This document shows, in pieces, positions 26,029 through 35,137 of a stretch of DNA of 64,000 nt (position 1 is the first letter of the stretch; every line of letters starts with the position of its first letter). The DNA lies in IMG/VR virus record IMGVR_UViG_3300025141_000020, positions 1 through 64,000 of that record. The stretch is one strand, 5' to 3'. Made by a program: the position numbers and the translations under genes. A model generated the notes under the pieces. It did no database searches. It saw only the letters and a program-made list of their open reading frames with translations, and was not told where the DNA came from.

Positions 26029-26829
26029 TCATTCAGATAGGTACTCTAGCAGTTGATAGCTATCATTTCTTAATTTTCTTAAAGCTTTTTCTTTTATTTG
26101 TCTAACTCTCTCTTTTGTTAATGATAGTTCGTCCCCTATTTCTTGTAGTGTCATAGGCGTTCCTGCAAGACCATAATAGTCTTTTATAATACCTCTTTCT
26201 CTGCTATCTAATATATCCATTAAAGTGCCTAGTTCTGTTTTTAAATTAACCTCATCATCAAAAACATCTTCTGGATTGTCAGCATTATCATTTTTTAACA
26301 TATCTATTAATGTATCACCTTCATCATTTATTGGTTTATCATAATTTATGGTAGTTGGTAATAAAGCTAGTTTACTGTCAAACTGGGTTATCTCTTTTTC
26401 AGTTTTTTTCTTTTCTTTTTGTAAAGCTTGTATAACATTAACTGGATACCTTATGGTTCTAGCGTGTTCATTTAAGGACTGTAGTATTGATTGTTTTACC
26501 CACCACACAGCGTAAGATATAAACCTAAATCCCTTGTCCCAATCAAAGTTTTTGATAGCCTTTAATAACCCTAGATTACCTTCCGCTATTAAATCACTCA
26601 ATGGAATTCCTTGGTTTTGGTAGTCTTTTGCCACACTTATAACAAACCTTAGATTACCTTCTAGTAATTCTCTATGGATTTCTTCTATTTCTTTTTGTGT
26701 TATATTTGGTGATTTAATTTTTTTTGCAAGCAACTTTTCTCTATCTGGTGTTAGTACTTTAACTTTTCTAACGTCTTTTAGGTAGTGTGAAATTTCTGCT
26801 TGATTTATGAAGATGTTGTTTTTTGCCAT
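26029..26829 (-). CDS. Phage-encoded sigma-70 factor, RpoD-like, Bacteroidota type (no region 1.1)
   Basis: Region 1.2 YLKDV, region 2 NLRFVISVAK...DLIAEGNLGL...FDWDKGFRFISYAVWWVKQSI, region 4 TLQEIG..LSLTKERVRQIKEKALRKLR. Confidence 0.93.
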   Translation of the reverse strand: MAKNNIFINQAEISHYLKDVRKVKVLTPDREKLLAKKIKSPNITQKEIEEIHRELLEGNLRFVISVAKDYQNQGIPLSDLIAEGNLGLLKAIKNFDWDKGFRFISYAVWWVKQSILQSLNEHARTIRYPVNVIQALQKEKKKTEKEITQFDSKLALLPTTINYDKPINDEGDTLIDMLKNDNADNPEDVFDDEVNLKTELGTLMDILDSRERGIIKDYYGLAGTPMTLQEIGDELSLTKERVRQIKEKALRKLRNDSYQLLEYLSE

Positions 26830-26916
26830 GTTTATATTTTTTATATTAATAATCTACAATAAGTGTACCACACTAAGTTATACGACATTATGTCAGTATA
26901 GTTGTGAATACAGAGG

Positions 26917-26947
26917 CAAAAATACAAAAATAAATTTATATGAACAA
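26917..26947 (-). promoter_or_regulatory. Class I promoter TTGTTC-N17-TATTTTTG upstream of the sigma gene
   Basis: Exact Bacteroidota TTG-N20-TAnnTTTG geometry. Confidence 0.75.
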
Positions 26948-26964
26948 GTTTTGATTAAAAGAGT

Positions 26965-27309
26965 TTAGATACAGTATTTTTTAATAATTTCTATAGCTTC
27001 ATCATTACCATTAAAAGCTACACCAGCACTGAAATATTCTACATCACCGTTAGACGACTCTAATATCATAACTGGTGTAAATTTTATCTTACCTGGGTTT
27101 TCTTCGTCTGCATCACGAAAGTCCCATCTGTTTTGGATATTTTCTTTTATTTCCTTCCCTTCTAGTCCTCTAGCACCATCTCGTGGTGTTATACATCTAA
27201 TTGTATGTGGTATACTTAAATCATTAAGTCTTTTTTTCAAATCAATACAATCAGTGCATTCATTTTCGGTAAATAGTGATAGTTTATACTTACTAGTATC
27301 TAATTTCAT
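26965..27309 (-). CDS. Glutaredoxin/thioredoxin-fold protein
   Basis: LFTENECTDCIDLKKRL (CxxC) and cis-Pro motif FTPVMIL. Confidence 0.7.
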   Translation of the reverse strand: MKLDTSKYKLSLFTENECTDCIDLKKRLNDLSIPHTIRCITPRDGARGLEGKEIKENIQNRWDFRDADEENPGKIKFTPVMILESSNGDVEYFSAGVAFNGNDEAIEIIKKYCI

Positions 27310-27315
27310 ATTTTA

Positions 27316-27879
27316 TTAGTTATCTTTAAATTTATTAAGGAATTCCAATTCTTCATGTGTTAAACTTTCCATTCCTTCTTCTATAATTTTATCTAATAAA
27401 CTATCTATAGTAAAGGGCATACGTAATTTAACGTCTACTTTTTCTATAGGTGATTTTAATGTATTTCTAAGGTCTAACATTTTTTTTTCTACTAAAGCTT
27501 TAAGTGAATTAGATAATTCTTCAGCTAGTTTTGGGTCTATTAGTTTATGTTTTATGTTTTTACCTAATCCGTCATGAAATAAGTGTGACTCTAATTCTTT
27601 ATCCATACGATAAGCCAGTTTATTGGGTTTAGGCATTAAAAAATAGGTATTTACCTGGGGTGTTAAGAATTCATTCATTATTTCTGAAATTTCTTCAAAA
27701 TTCATTTTAGATTTTACACACATGATTACAATGTTGGTTCCTGTTACAAAAGAAAATTCGTCGTCAACTACTATACTCTGCATAACTTCCCTGATATTAG
27801 TTATTATTTGACGGCTTTTTTCAACCGTTTCCCAACCCCCAAACATGAATACCAAATATTTTTTTGTTCTCTTTTTCAT
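27316..27879 (-). CDS. Hypothetical protein with a DUF6576-like C-terminus
   Basis: IDSLLDKIIEEGMESLTHEELEFL. Confidence 0.6.
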   Translation of the reverse strand: MKKRTKKYLVFMFGGWETVEKSRQIITNIREVMQSIVVDDEFSFVTGTNIVIMCVKSKMNFEEISEIMNEFLTPQVNTYFLMPKPNKLAYRMDKELESHLFHDGLGKNIKHKLIDPKLAEELSNSLKALVEKKMLDLRNTLKSPIEKVDVKLRMPFTIDSLLDKIIEEGMESLTHEELEFLNKFKDN

Positions 27880-27892
27880 ATATAATAAATAT

Positions 27893-30220
27893 CTAAATAA
27901 TTCTAGATATATTCTTTTCTTTAGTTACTGTTATTATATTATCGGACCATTCTCTAACTAATGGATTATGAGTTATTAATAAAATATTTTCAAAATACTC
28001 TTTAATTCTACTGAAAAAAATACTTACTTCTTCTAGGTTCTCGTTGGATACTTTACCTAATACTTCGTCAAATACTGTTATATTTGGTCTAGGTAAACAT
28101 GAAACTTTAGTTAGTACTGTCCTAATAGCTAATGATGCCATAGTTTTTTCATATCCACTACCTGTTAATAATAATTTTTCCACCCCACTATCGTTATCTA
28201 CCATCCAAAAATCTACCTCGTTTTTGTCATTAACTTTAATCTTAACACTAAATTTAGTCACATCTGATAATAATGTTGTTAATTCATTATTTAATTTAGG
28301 AACGACACTTTTCATGATAGTTTTAATTATCCCATTTTTACCAAAAACAGTTAAATAAGCTCTAAATACTCTATCTACGTCATTCTCCTTATTTATGATA
28401 TCTATTCTTTCATTGTTTATCTTATTTGTATCTTCAATTACCTTATCTCTAGACTTATTCTCTTCAATAGTTCTAATTAGTTGGTCTTTTTTGTTATTTA
28501 ATACGTCAATTTCTGACTTAATAGTCATAGTCTTTTTATCTATATCGTTATTTTTTTCTAATTTTAATTTATTCTCTTCCCACTTTTTTAATCTACTAGA
28601 TAATTTATCTATATTAAGTTTCTTTTGGTCTATTTCTAATACTAGTCGTTCCTTTTTTAATATGTCTTTTTCATATTCATCAAAAATTAATTTTTTTGTA
28701 CTTAAAGTTTCTATAATTTTTTCAAATGATTTTAATTTTTCTTTGTCTTGTTTTACGTGTTTGGTTAATATTTTAATCTCATCTTTCAATCTTTTTATTT
28801 CCACACTATGGTCCACATCTTTAAGTGTTTGTTTACACATAGGACATATCTCAGACTCTATTAAATTATCTAAAGTATGATTTAGATTTTTTAAATTGGT
28901 TTCATTTTTTATGTTTTGGGTATTTAATGTGTCTCTGGATTTTGTTTTATCTCTTATTAATTCCAAATCTACTTCTTCTGGCACTTCATTATCTACATAA
29001 ATTTTTAATTTATCAGTCATACTTTCTAATATTCTACCCTCACTATTAATTTCTTCACCAACTAAACGTGGATTGGTGTTTTCCACATTCTTATCTATAT
29101 TCGTAGACTTACTAGCTAATAGGCCGTCTCTATCTTCATTTTTACCTTTTATTTTATTTTTAGTTTCTAATAATATAATATTATTATTTATATTTTCACT
29201 TAATAACACATCTTTTTCACTTTCTAGAGTTTTTATTTCATGTTTTAAATCTTCTATGTTATATAAATTAGATATTATTTTCTTTGACCACTCCGAGTAC
29301 ATTTTTTTAGCTACACTTTCTTTGTCTTTTAATGTCTCTAGACCCACAAATCTAGATAGTATATTACCTCGTTCTGTTGGTTTGGTATCTATTAGAGATT
29401 CTAGGTTTCCTGCTGTGGTTAGCACTGTTAATAAAAAATCGTTCATAGTTCCAATAGATTCCTTTATAAATGTCTCTGTTTCTCTCCTCTGTTCTCCGGT
29501 AAAATTCCTTAAGTCACCATTTTCATCTATTTGTAAAAATTCCAACGAAGTGCTTACTGACCAATCACCTTTTTTGGTTTTTTTTCTCTTAATTTTCCTA
29601 ATAATAATATAATCCTTACCGTCTATTTCTACGTCTCCTTGTACAAAAACTTCATTTGATTTCGTAAATCTATTAAAAATATCTATAGCTTTAGATGATT
29701 TTGTGGTGTCGTTGAAAAATAAGAATAGTATCAAATCTACAGCTAATACTGATTTTCCACCAAAATTAGGTGGGTTAGAGTCTACAACTGTTATCCCTCC
29801 TAATGAATTTATATCTAATATATTGTCTTTACCAAAAGATAAAAAGTTAGAGAATTTTATTTTTTTAATATAAACTCTTTTATATTTTGTGTTGATATTT
29901 AATTCATCGGACATTTTAGAATTAACTTTATCGTCTAATCTTTTTAATAAGTTTAAATCTACTCCGATAGAATGGGTTTTTACAAATTGTTCCATAAGAT
30001 TTTTTTGGTAAGTAGTATCCATTACATTCTCCTCAATGTCTATGTCTAACTCTCCTGTTGAATTTCTGTCGGTTGCTTTAGTTAAAAGCGTAACATTTTT
30101 TGAGTTGTACTTTCTTTGAAAGTAGCTCCTTACTCTTTTTATCTTTTCTTGTGTGAAGTTTTCTGGGGTATCTTCCCAGGTTACTTTAATAAAAGGGTTT
30201 TCTAACTTATCTATATCCAT
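27893..30220 (-). CDS. SbcC/Rad50/gp46-like SMC ATPase
   Basis: Walker A NFGGKS, coiled coils, zinc hook CPMC, signature SGYE, Walker B VFDE, H-loop ITH; class I promoter at 30227-30255. Confidence 0.92.
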   Translation of the reverse strand: MDIDKLENPFIKVTWEDTPENFTQEKIKRVRSYFQRKYNSKNVTLLTKATDRNSTGELDIDIEENVMDTTYQKNLMEQFVKTHSIGVDLNLLKRLDDKVNSKMSDELNINTKYKRVYIKKIKFSNFLSFGKDNILDINSLGGITVVDSNPPNFGGKSVLAVDLILFLFFNDTTKSSKAIDIFNRFTKSNEVFVQGDVEIDGKDYIIIRKIKRKKTKKGDWSVSTSLEFLQIDENGDLRNFTGEQRRETETFIKESIGTMNDFLLTVLTTAGNLESLIDTKPTERGNILSRFVGLETLKDKESVAKKMYSEWSKKIISNLYNIEDLKHEIKTLESEKDVLLSENINNNIILLETKNKIKGKNEDRDGLLASKSTNIDKNVENTNPRLVGEEINSEGRILESMTDKLKIYVDNEVPEEVDLELIRDKTKSRDTLNTQNIKNETNLKNLNHTLDNLIESEICPMCKQTLKDVDHSVEIKRLKDEIKILTKHVKQDKEKLKSFEKIIETLSTKKLIFDEYEKDILKKERLVLEIDQKKLNIDKLSSRLKKWEENKLKLEKNNDIDKKTMTIKSEIDVLNNKKDQLIRTIEENKSRDKVIEDTNKINNERIDIINKENDVDRVFRAYLTVFGKNGIIKTIMKSVVPKLNNELTTLLSDVTKFSVKIKVNDKNEVDFWMVDNDSGVEKLLLTGSGYEKTMASLAIRTVLTKVSCLPRPNITVFDEVLGKVSNENLEEVSIFFSRIKEYFENILLITHNPLVREWSDNIITVTKEKNISRII

Positions 30221-30255
30221 ATTTAAAATATAAGATAATGTTGTTAATATATCAA

Positions 30256-30591
30256 TTATACTATCCCTGGACCTGTGTCATCATTTTTAGGTGGTTTATT
30301 TTCCTCAAACCACTCTACAACAGCGTTAATAGCCCAAACAGAACCACTAGCTAACATACCATCAAAAAATATATTGCTATATGGTATTGTTACCATACTA
30401 ATAGTTGGTGAGTAAAATGCTATAGAGAAAAAGAATCCGACCCATGTTGAGGTACACATCATACACTCTAATAGGTCACCTAGGAACGTTGACTGGTTCG
30501 TTATCCATTGTCTTGTTTTATCGAATATGCTTCCAAATACTAGTATTTGTGACATTCCGTAAGCTGCTAAAATCCATATAAGTATTTCCAT
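30256..30591 (-). CDS. DUF1360-like CxxC membrane protein
   Basis: IFDKTRQWI...LLECMMCTSTWVGF with flanking TM helices. Confidence 0.7.
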   Translation of the reverse strand: MEILIWILAAYGMSQILVFGSIFDKTRQWITNQSTFLGDLLECMMCTSTWVGFFFSIAFYSPTISMVTIPYSNIFFDGMLASGSVWAINAVVEWFEENKPPKNDDTGPGIV

Positions 30592-30594
30592 AAT

Positions 30595-31032
30595 TTAATC
30601 TAGGTATGTGTCTTTTAAGTTAGATGTTTTTAAATATTGAGCTCTCCTGTTTACTGTAACGTTTTTAAAGTGTTCTAGAATATCTTCTTGTTTCTTCATT
30701 TCTTCTTTCTGTAAACTAATGACTTTTTCCCTTTCTAGTGATTGCTCTTTACATACATTTAATTTATCCAATAATTCTTTATTGTCAACCTCTTTGGTTA
30801 CAATTTTTTCTACTATAACTTCTTTTTCTACAGGTATCTCTACTATAACTTCTTTTATTACTTCTTTTTCTACTGGCATTTCTTGTATTTGTGATTTAGG
30901 TAAAAATGGAGCTACCCCATATTTGTCTAATACCAAACCATCTTTTGCACATTTGTTAAAGAACTCTTTGGTGTCTTCAATTTCATTTAATTTGCAGTAT
31001 TGTTCAAACTCTTTTAATAATTTTTTATCCAT
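30595..31032 (-). CDS. Hypothetical protein with VEKEV-type low-complexity repeats
   Basis: PVEKEVIKEVIVEIPVEKEVIVEKIVTKEV. Confidence 0.7.
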   Translation of the reverse strand: MDKKLLKEFEQYCKLNEIEDTKEFFNKCAKDGLVLDKYGVAPFLPKSQIQEMPVEKEVIKEVIVEIPVEKEVIVEKIVTKEVDNKELLDKLNVCKEQSLEREKVISLQKEEMKKQEDILEHFKNVTVNRRAQYLKTSNLKDTYLD

Positions 31033-31807
31033 TTATTAATATTTCTTTTTCTTTTTCGATATCATCAATATCTGTTATTCTAAAATTAAGATATGGTTGT
31101 GAATTAGTCAAATCTTTATATTTGTATTTATTTTTATTTATGTTATATATGCCATACCCATGTTTCTTTATACTTTCCCCAAAGTTTTGGCATATGGTAG
31201 ACCCAATCATATAAGCTTTCTTATTATTAGGTATTTTATAGGTTTGTCTTTTATGTATATCTCCTGCTAAAACCACATCACATCCATCAAACCTATCAAT
31301 ACTATAACCATCATTAAATGTATAACCAAAATCATTAGATGACCCTTCAATCATCCCATGAAATAAACCGACCTTATGTTTTTCTGTATTTTCTGGAATG
31401 TCAGGTTTTACATTATGAGATATTAATGAATATACACACCACAATATATTTTCGTCTTCATAACACCCTCTATTTTTATAGTAGGTGATATTATCATTAT
31501 TTAAACTTTTAACTACAGGTGTTATAGCGTCTAACCTATCTATATTATTTTCTAAAAAATCGTGATTACCAATTAAATAAACACATTTACATATTTTAGC
31601 TGTTTCAGTCATCCACCAACACATTAAATTTATTAATTCTGGGGTCATTTGGTTTTTGGAGTGCACTAAGTCCCCTGTAAACACTATCCTGTCTGGTTTA
31701 ATGTCGGACCATTCTTTTAAAGCCTGTTTTAATATTTTTTTATCTCGTTTATGTTGTTTGTATAATTTAAGATGTAAGTCGGAATAATGTACTATAGTGT
31801 TAATCAT
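31025..31807 (-). CDS. SbcD/Mre11/gp47-like metallophosphoesterase nuclease
   Basis: SDLH, TGDLVH, GNHD, FHG, GDIH motifs; upstream of the SbcC-like gene. Confidence 0.9.
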   Translation of the reverse strand: MINTIVHYSDLHLKLYKQHKRDKKILKQALKEWSDIKPDRIVFTGDLVHSKNQMTPELINLMCWWMTETAKICKCVYLIGNHDFLENNIDRLDAITPVVKSLNNDNITYYKNRGCYEDENILWCVYSLISHNVKPDIPENTEKHKVGLFHGMIEGSSNDFGYTFNDGYSIDRFDGCDVVLAGDIHKRQTYKIPNNKKAYMIGSTICQNFGESIKKHGYGIYNINKNKYKYKDLTNSQPYLNFRITDIDDIEKEKEILING

Positions 31808-32816
31808 CTTTTTTTTGTTGGTTTGCTGTATATCGTTCGCTTAGATAAATTATAGTCCCGAAAATAAGAAACTCTAAAGGTCCGTTTATAATCATTAGTA
31901 AACTTATTACAAATACTGGTATTATTATTGTTAATTGTGATATATTAGATATTAGGGTCATAATAATTCGTCTTATCATTACATTTTCAATTGGGAGTAC
32001 TATCTTAGTTGGGTTGTAATTAAAGTATCTTAACACCCTAACTACTAAAAGATATACTGCCAGTGATATCAACAACCAAACCAGGTATTTAAAATTTACC
32101 CAAATCAAAAAAACTAGTCCAGTGATGACTTTAATTGTGTTAACCAGTTGTACCTTATTAAAGAACTTTTTTAGGTATTTTTTTATATTTTCTATTGTAC
32201 ATGAGGTGCATGGTTTTGGTGGTTCTGGTTTAATTGCACCCTTAGTATAGATACTAATCCCCAACACACTTAGAAAGTCTTTTATAAGACTGGAGTTTTC
32301 ATGTATAACTTCTATTTCATAATCATCTCCATGTAATTCTTTTAATATTCTAAGTCTGTGGTTACCATCTACCAATTTATGTTTTTTATTTGTTGGTCCT
32401 GTAATAAACCTTAAACCTTCAAGTTTAAAATATTTGGTGGTTATTGTTGCTATTTCAGGGTGCTGTATAACTATTGGTTTTATTTCTAGGTTGTACCCCT
32501 CATTTTTCATTTTATCCCTTAAAGAATCCCAATCATATGGTTTACCTAAAAGTCTAACCATCACCCAAATTATGATTTTTTGAAGTGGGTTTAGTTTGTT
32601 TTTTAATGGTATAGATACAGTATTTAAACCTTCGTCGTTTGTTGGTGTTTTTCTTACAAAATCGTTTCTTGTTGTCCCGCATTGTTTTTGTAGTTGTTCA
32701 ATAGAATCACCTTTTTTGTAAAATATGAAGTTACTACCAATTAAATCTTTTAGTTTAACCTTCATGGTGTTGGTGTTTCTTGGATTGATTATGTCGTATT
32801 TCCTCATTTTTTTCAT
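31800..32816 (-). CDS. ParB/Srx-like domain fused to a C-terminal membrane domain
   Basis: PIVI...LVDGNHRL; CTSC; about four hydrophobic helices at the C-terminus. Confidence 0.6.
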   Translation of the reverse strand: MKKMRKYDIINPRNTNTMKVKLKDLIGSNFIFYKKGDSIEQLQKQCGTTRNDFVRKTPTNDEGLNTVSIPLKNKLNPLQKIIIWVMVRLLGKPYDWDSLRDKMKNEGYNLEIKPIVIQHPEIATITTKYFKLEGLRFITGPTNKKHKLVDGNHRLRILKELHGDDYEIEVIHENSSLIKDFLSVLGISIYTKGAIKPEPPKPCTSCTIENIKKYLKKFFNKVQLVNTIKVITGLVFLIWVNFKYLVWLLISLAVYLLVVRVLRYFNYNPTKIVLPIENVMIRRIIMTLISNISQLTIIIPVFVISLLMIINGPLEFLIFGTIIYLSERYTANQQKKDD

Positions 32817-33580
32817 TTTGTCATAATTTTTAATATCTCATCTCTAAAGTCATAACATTTAATAACTTTATATTCCTCATTCTTTTCGTTAAACCAGACT
32901 ATATAAGAATCACCCAAAACCAAATCAGTGTTTCTTTCTACAATTAACCTATAAAAAGATAATTGTAATGAATATGTGTTTAATTCACACACATCTAAAT
33001 GTGATAGGGGCTCTTTAAATTGTTGCCATTTATTAACCTTTTTTATGTCTTTATTTGTTTTCCAATCCCATATTTCTAATTGTTTTGACTTTTCGTTAAA
33101 AAACAACTGGTCAATCATTCCAGTTACACTCCATTCTTCATCACCAACAACAACCTCAGCTCTAACTGGTATTAATTTTCCATGAGAATCATCATAGAAT
33201 TTTTTAAACATATCTATAATCTTAAATACCCCTTCCTTACATTCTAACATCTTTTTTTCATCACCCAAGACATTAGTTATTTTATGTTCTGGGAATGGAA
33301 ATACTTTGTTGGTTAGGTAGTTTTCAGCAAATTCGTGAAAAGCGGAGCCTCTTTCACAAGAAAAATCTGCTTTATATTTCCACTCTTTTAATATCTCTTC
33401 TTTTGTTATACCTCTTTCGTCAGCTTTTTTTTGTGACCAATAATCTTTATCAAAAGGATGTTTATATTGGCCTATGATAGACGTTACTGACTTAGTTTTA
33501 ACTCCTTTCATGTAATAAACATGGTCTTGGTCATGAAATTTAATATTATTAAATTTAGCTAATTCTCTAGTTATTTTCAT
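32813..33580 (-). CDS. PD-(D/E)xK exonuclease (RecB/Cas4-like fold)
   Basis: SVTSII, RGSAFH, GMIDQL, IWDWKT, YSLQLSFY. Confidence 0.88.
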   Translation of the reverse strand: MKITRELAKFNNIKFHDQDHVYYMKGVKTKSVTSIIGQYKHPFDKDYWSQKKADERGITKEEILKEWKYKADFSCERGSAFHEFAENYLTNKVFPFPEHKITNVLGDEKKMLECKEGVFKIIDMFKKFYDDSHGKLIPVRAEVVVGDEEWSVTGMIDQLFFNEKSKQLEIWDWKTNKDIKKVNKWQQFKEPLSHLDVCELNTYSLQLSFYRLIVERNTDLVLGDSYIVWFNEKNEEYKVIKCYDFRDEILKIMTK

Positions 33581-34495
33581 TTATAGTAATGTTATTTCTT
33601 TTAATCCTTCTATCCCACCTAGTTCACCAACATCTTTATCTTTTGGTAGTTTAAGTAGTTTTACCTTATTCATTAGTCTTCCCCCTTCTAATTTTCTATA
33701 TAGTTTTTTTGAATCTTCCCAGGCATCACCATCTAAACATATAATTATGTTTTTTTGTGATTTATCATATAACATAGTCCATAATTTTTCACTTACACTT
33801 TTACCTAATACTGGTATAGAATTTTCTATAAAAAACATATCAAACACACCTTCAACCAAATATATGTCTTTTTCCCAATTAATTAAATGTTCATTAAATA
33901 TTATTTTATCCTTTTCAGCTTCAGGGTTTTTATATTTATTTTTATGTCCAGTATAGGACCTAGAAACAAAATAATTAAGGTTGTTGTCAATATCATAGGA
34001 GGGAACTATTACCCTGCCACTGTATTGACCTTGGGTTACGTAACCAATTTTAAATTTGTCTATAATTTGGTCGCTTAGTCCTCTTTTCCTTAAATAGTTA
34101 TAGGCTTCTTTGTATGGTATACTTAATTTTATACCTTCTTTAAAAGAAGTGTATTCTCTTGGTAGTTCTACTTTTTTATATTTTTTCTCTGTTTTTTTAA
34201 TGAAGTCCCCACCTATTAGTTTCCAGGTTTCCTTAGTTCGTCTATTTCCCCATTTATTAAATAATTTATTTATGGACCCGTGTGTATTCATATGTTCTGA
34301 ACAAGACCAACATTTATAGACACCCATATAATAATTTACTTCAAAGTTACCTTTACCATCACCATGGTCTAGGCCTTTTATATCATAAGAACAAACTGGA
34401 CAATCAAAAGAGATTTGTCCTTTATTCGGGTAGTGTGACATATTGTCACCTAAAACTTCATTCAATAATTCTATTAGTAGTATTGGGTCTTCCAT
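33581..34495 (-). CDS. DnaG-type DNA primase
   Basis: Zn finger CPVC...CWSC, YLRKRGL, RVIVP, KYKNP, TOPRIM VEGVFD and LDGD. Confidence 0.92.
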   Translation of the reverse strand: MEDPILLIELLNEVLGDNMSHYPNKGQISFDCPVCSYDIKGLDHGDGKGNFEVNYYMGVYKCWSCSEHMNTHGSINKLFNKWGNRRTKETWKLIGGDFIKKTEKKYKKVELPREYTSFKEGIKLSIPYKEAYNYLRKRGLSDQIIDKFKIGYVTQGQYSGRVIVPSYDIDNNLNYFVSRSYTGHKNKYKNPEAEKDKIIFNEHLINWEKDIYLVEGVFDMFFIENSIPVLGKSVSEKLWTMLYDKSQKNIIICLDGDAWEDSKKLYRKLEGGRLMNKVKLLKLPKDKDVGELGGIEGLKEITLL

Positions 34496-34501
34496 AGGTA
34501 A

Positions 34502-34530
34502 ATTATATGGGTTTTTTAAAAAGAAGTCAA
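34502..34530 (-). promoter_or_regulatory. Class I promoter TTGACT-N17-TATAAT upstream of primase
   Basis: Near-consensus; 6 nt before the ATG. Confidence 0.75.
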
Positions 34531-35127
34531 TTACCAGACCTTAGTCTTGTTCATTTGGCCTAAAACACATGTGTAAGCATCACACATATCATAATTTTCT
34601 TTCTTTAATGTGTTGTTCCTAGTATACACCCATGTTAGATGAGATTCTTTGTCGGAAACTTTTTGCCATATAATGTGTTTTTTATCACACCCCTTATCAT
34701 AGGAACCAAATAAAACTTTTTTTCCTTTTTTGTTCTCAGTAAATAAAGTTGGGAATGCAAATTTTCTAGAATCGTAAGTAGAAATAAATTCTGGTAATAT
34801 ATCTAACACATCATAAATAACTCTAGTTATAAAAGAGTTATATCTTATTAATATTGCTACAGTCCTTACATTATTAGAACTAATTAAGGGTTCTTCAATA
34901 ATCACTTTGGTTATACCCACCTTTTTATAGTCCATTAGTTTAGCTTTAAACTGATTTACTTTTGCCATCATTTCCGCAATCTTAGACTCTGCTTTTGGTT
35001 TTACTTTAGGTGAAAAATGAGTTAGTTCTAATAAATCTTTACTTTGCATATCAAATAATGCCCAACCTATCGTTTTTGTTGATATGTCCAGTCCTAGTAC
35101 TTTTGGTGTGTTTCCTGTCTTTGTCAT
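34531..35127 (-). CDS. RuvC-like Holliday junction resolvase
   Basis: LGLDISTKTIGW, IIEEP, DMCDA (RNase H-fold acidic residues). Confidence 0.8.
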   Translation of the reverse strand: MTKTGNTPKVLGLDISTKTIGWALFDMQSKDLLELTHFSPKVKPKAESKIAEMMAKVNQFKAKLMDYKKVGITKVIIEEPLISSNNVRTVAILIRYNSFITRVIYDVLDILPEFISTYDSRKFAFPTLFTENKKGKKVLFGSYDKGCDKKHIIWQKVSDKESHLTWVYTRNNTLKKENYDMCDAYTCVLGQMNKTKVW

Positions 35128-35137
35128 AAGACAAATA

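Noticed and set aside
32813-33580. Cas4 / CRISPR-Cas system
   Set aside because: No four-Cys Fe-S pattern, no other cas genes, and no repeat-spacer array seen in the window.
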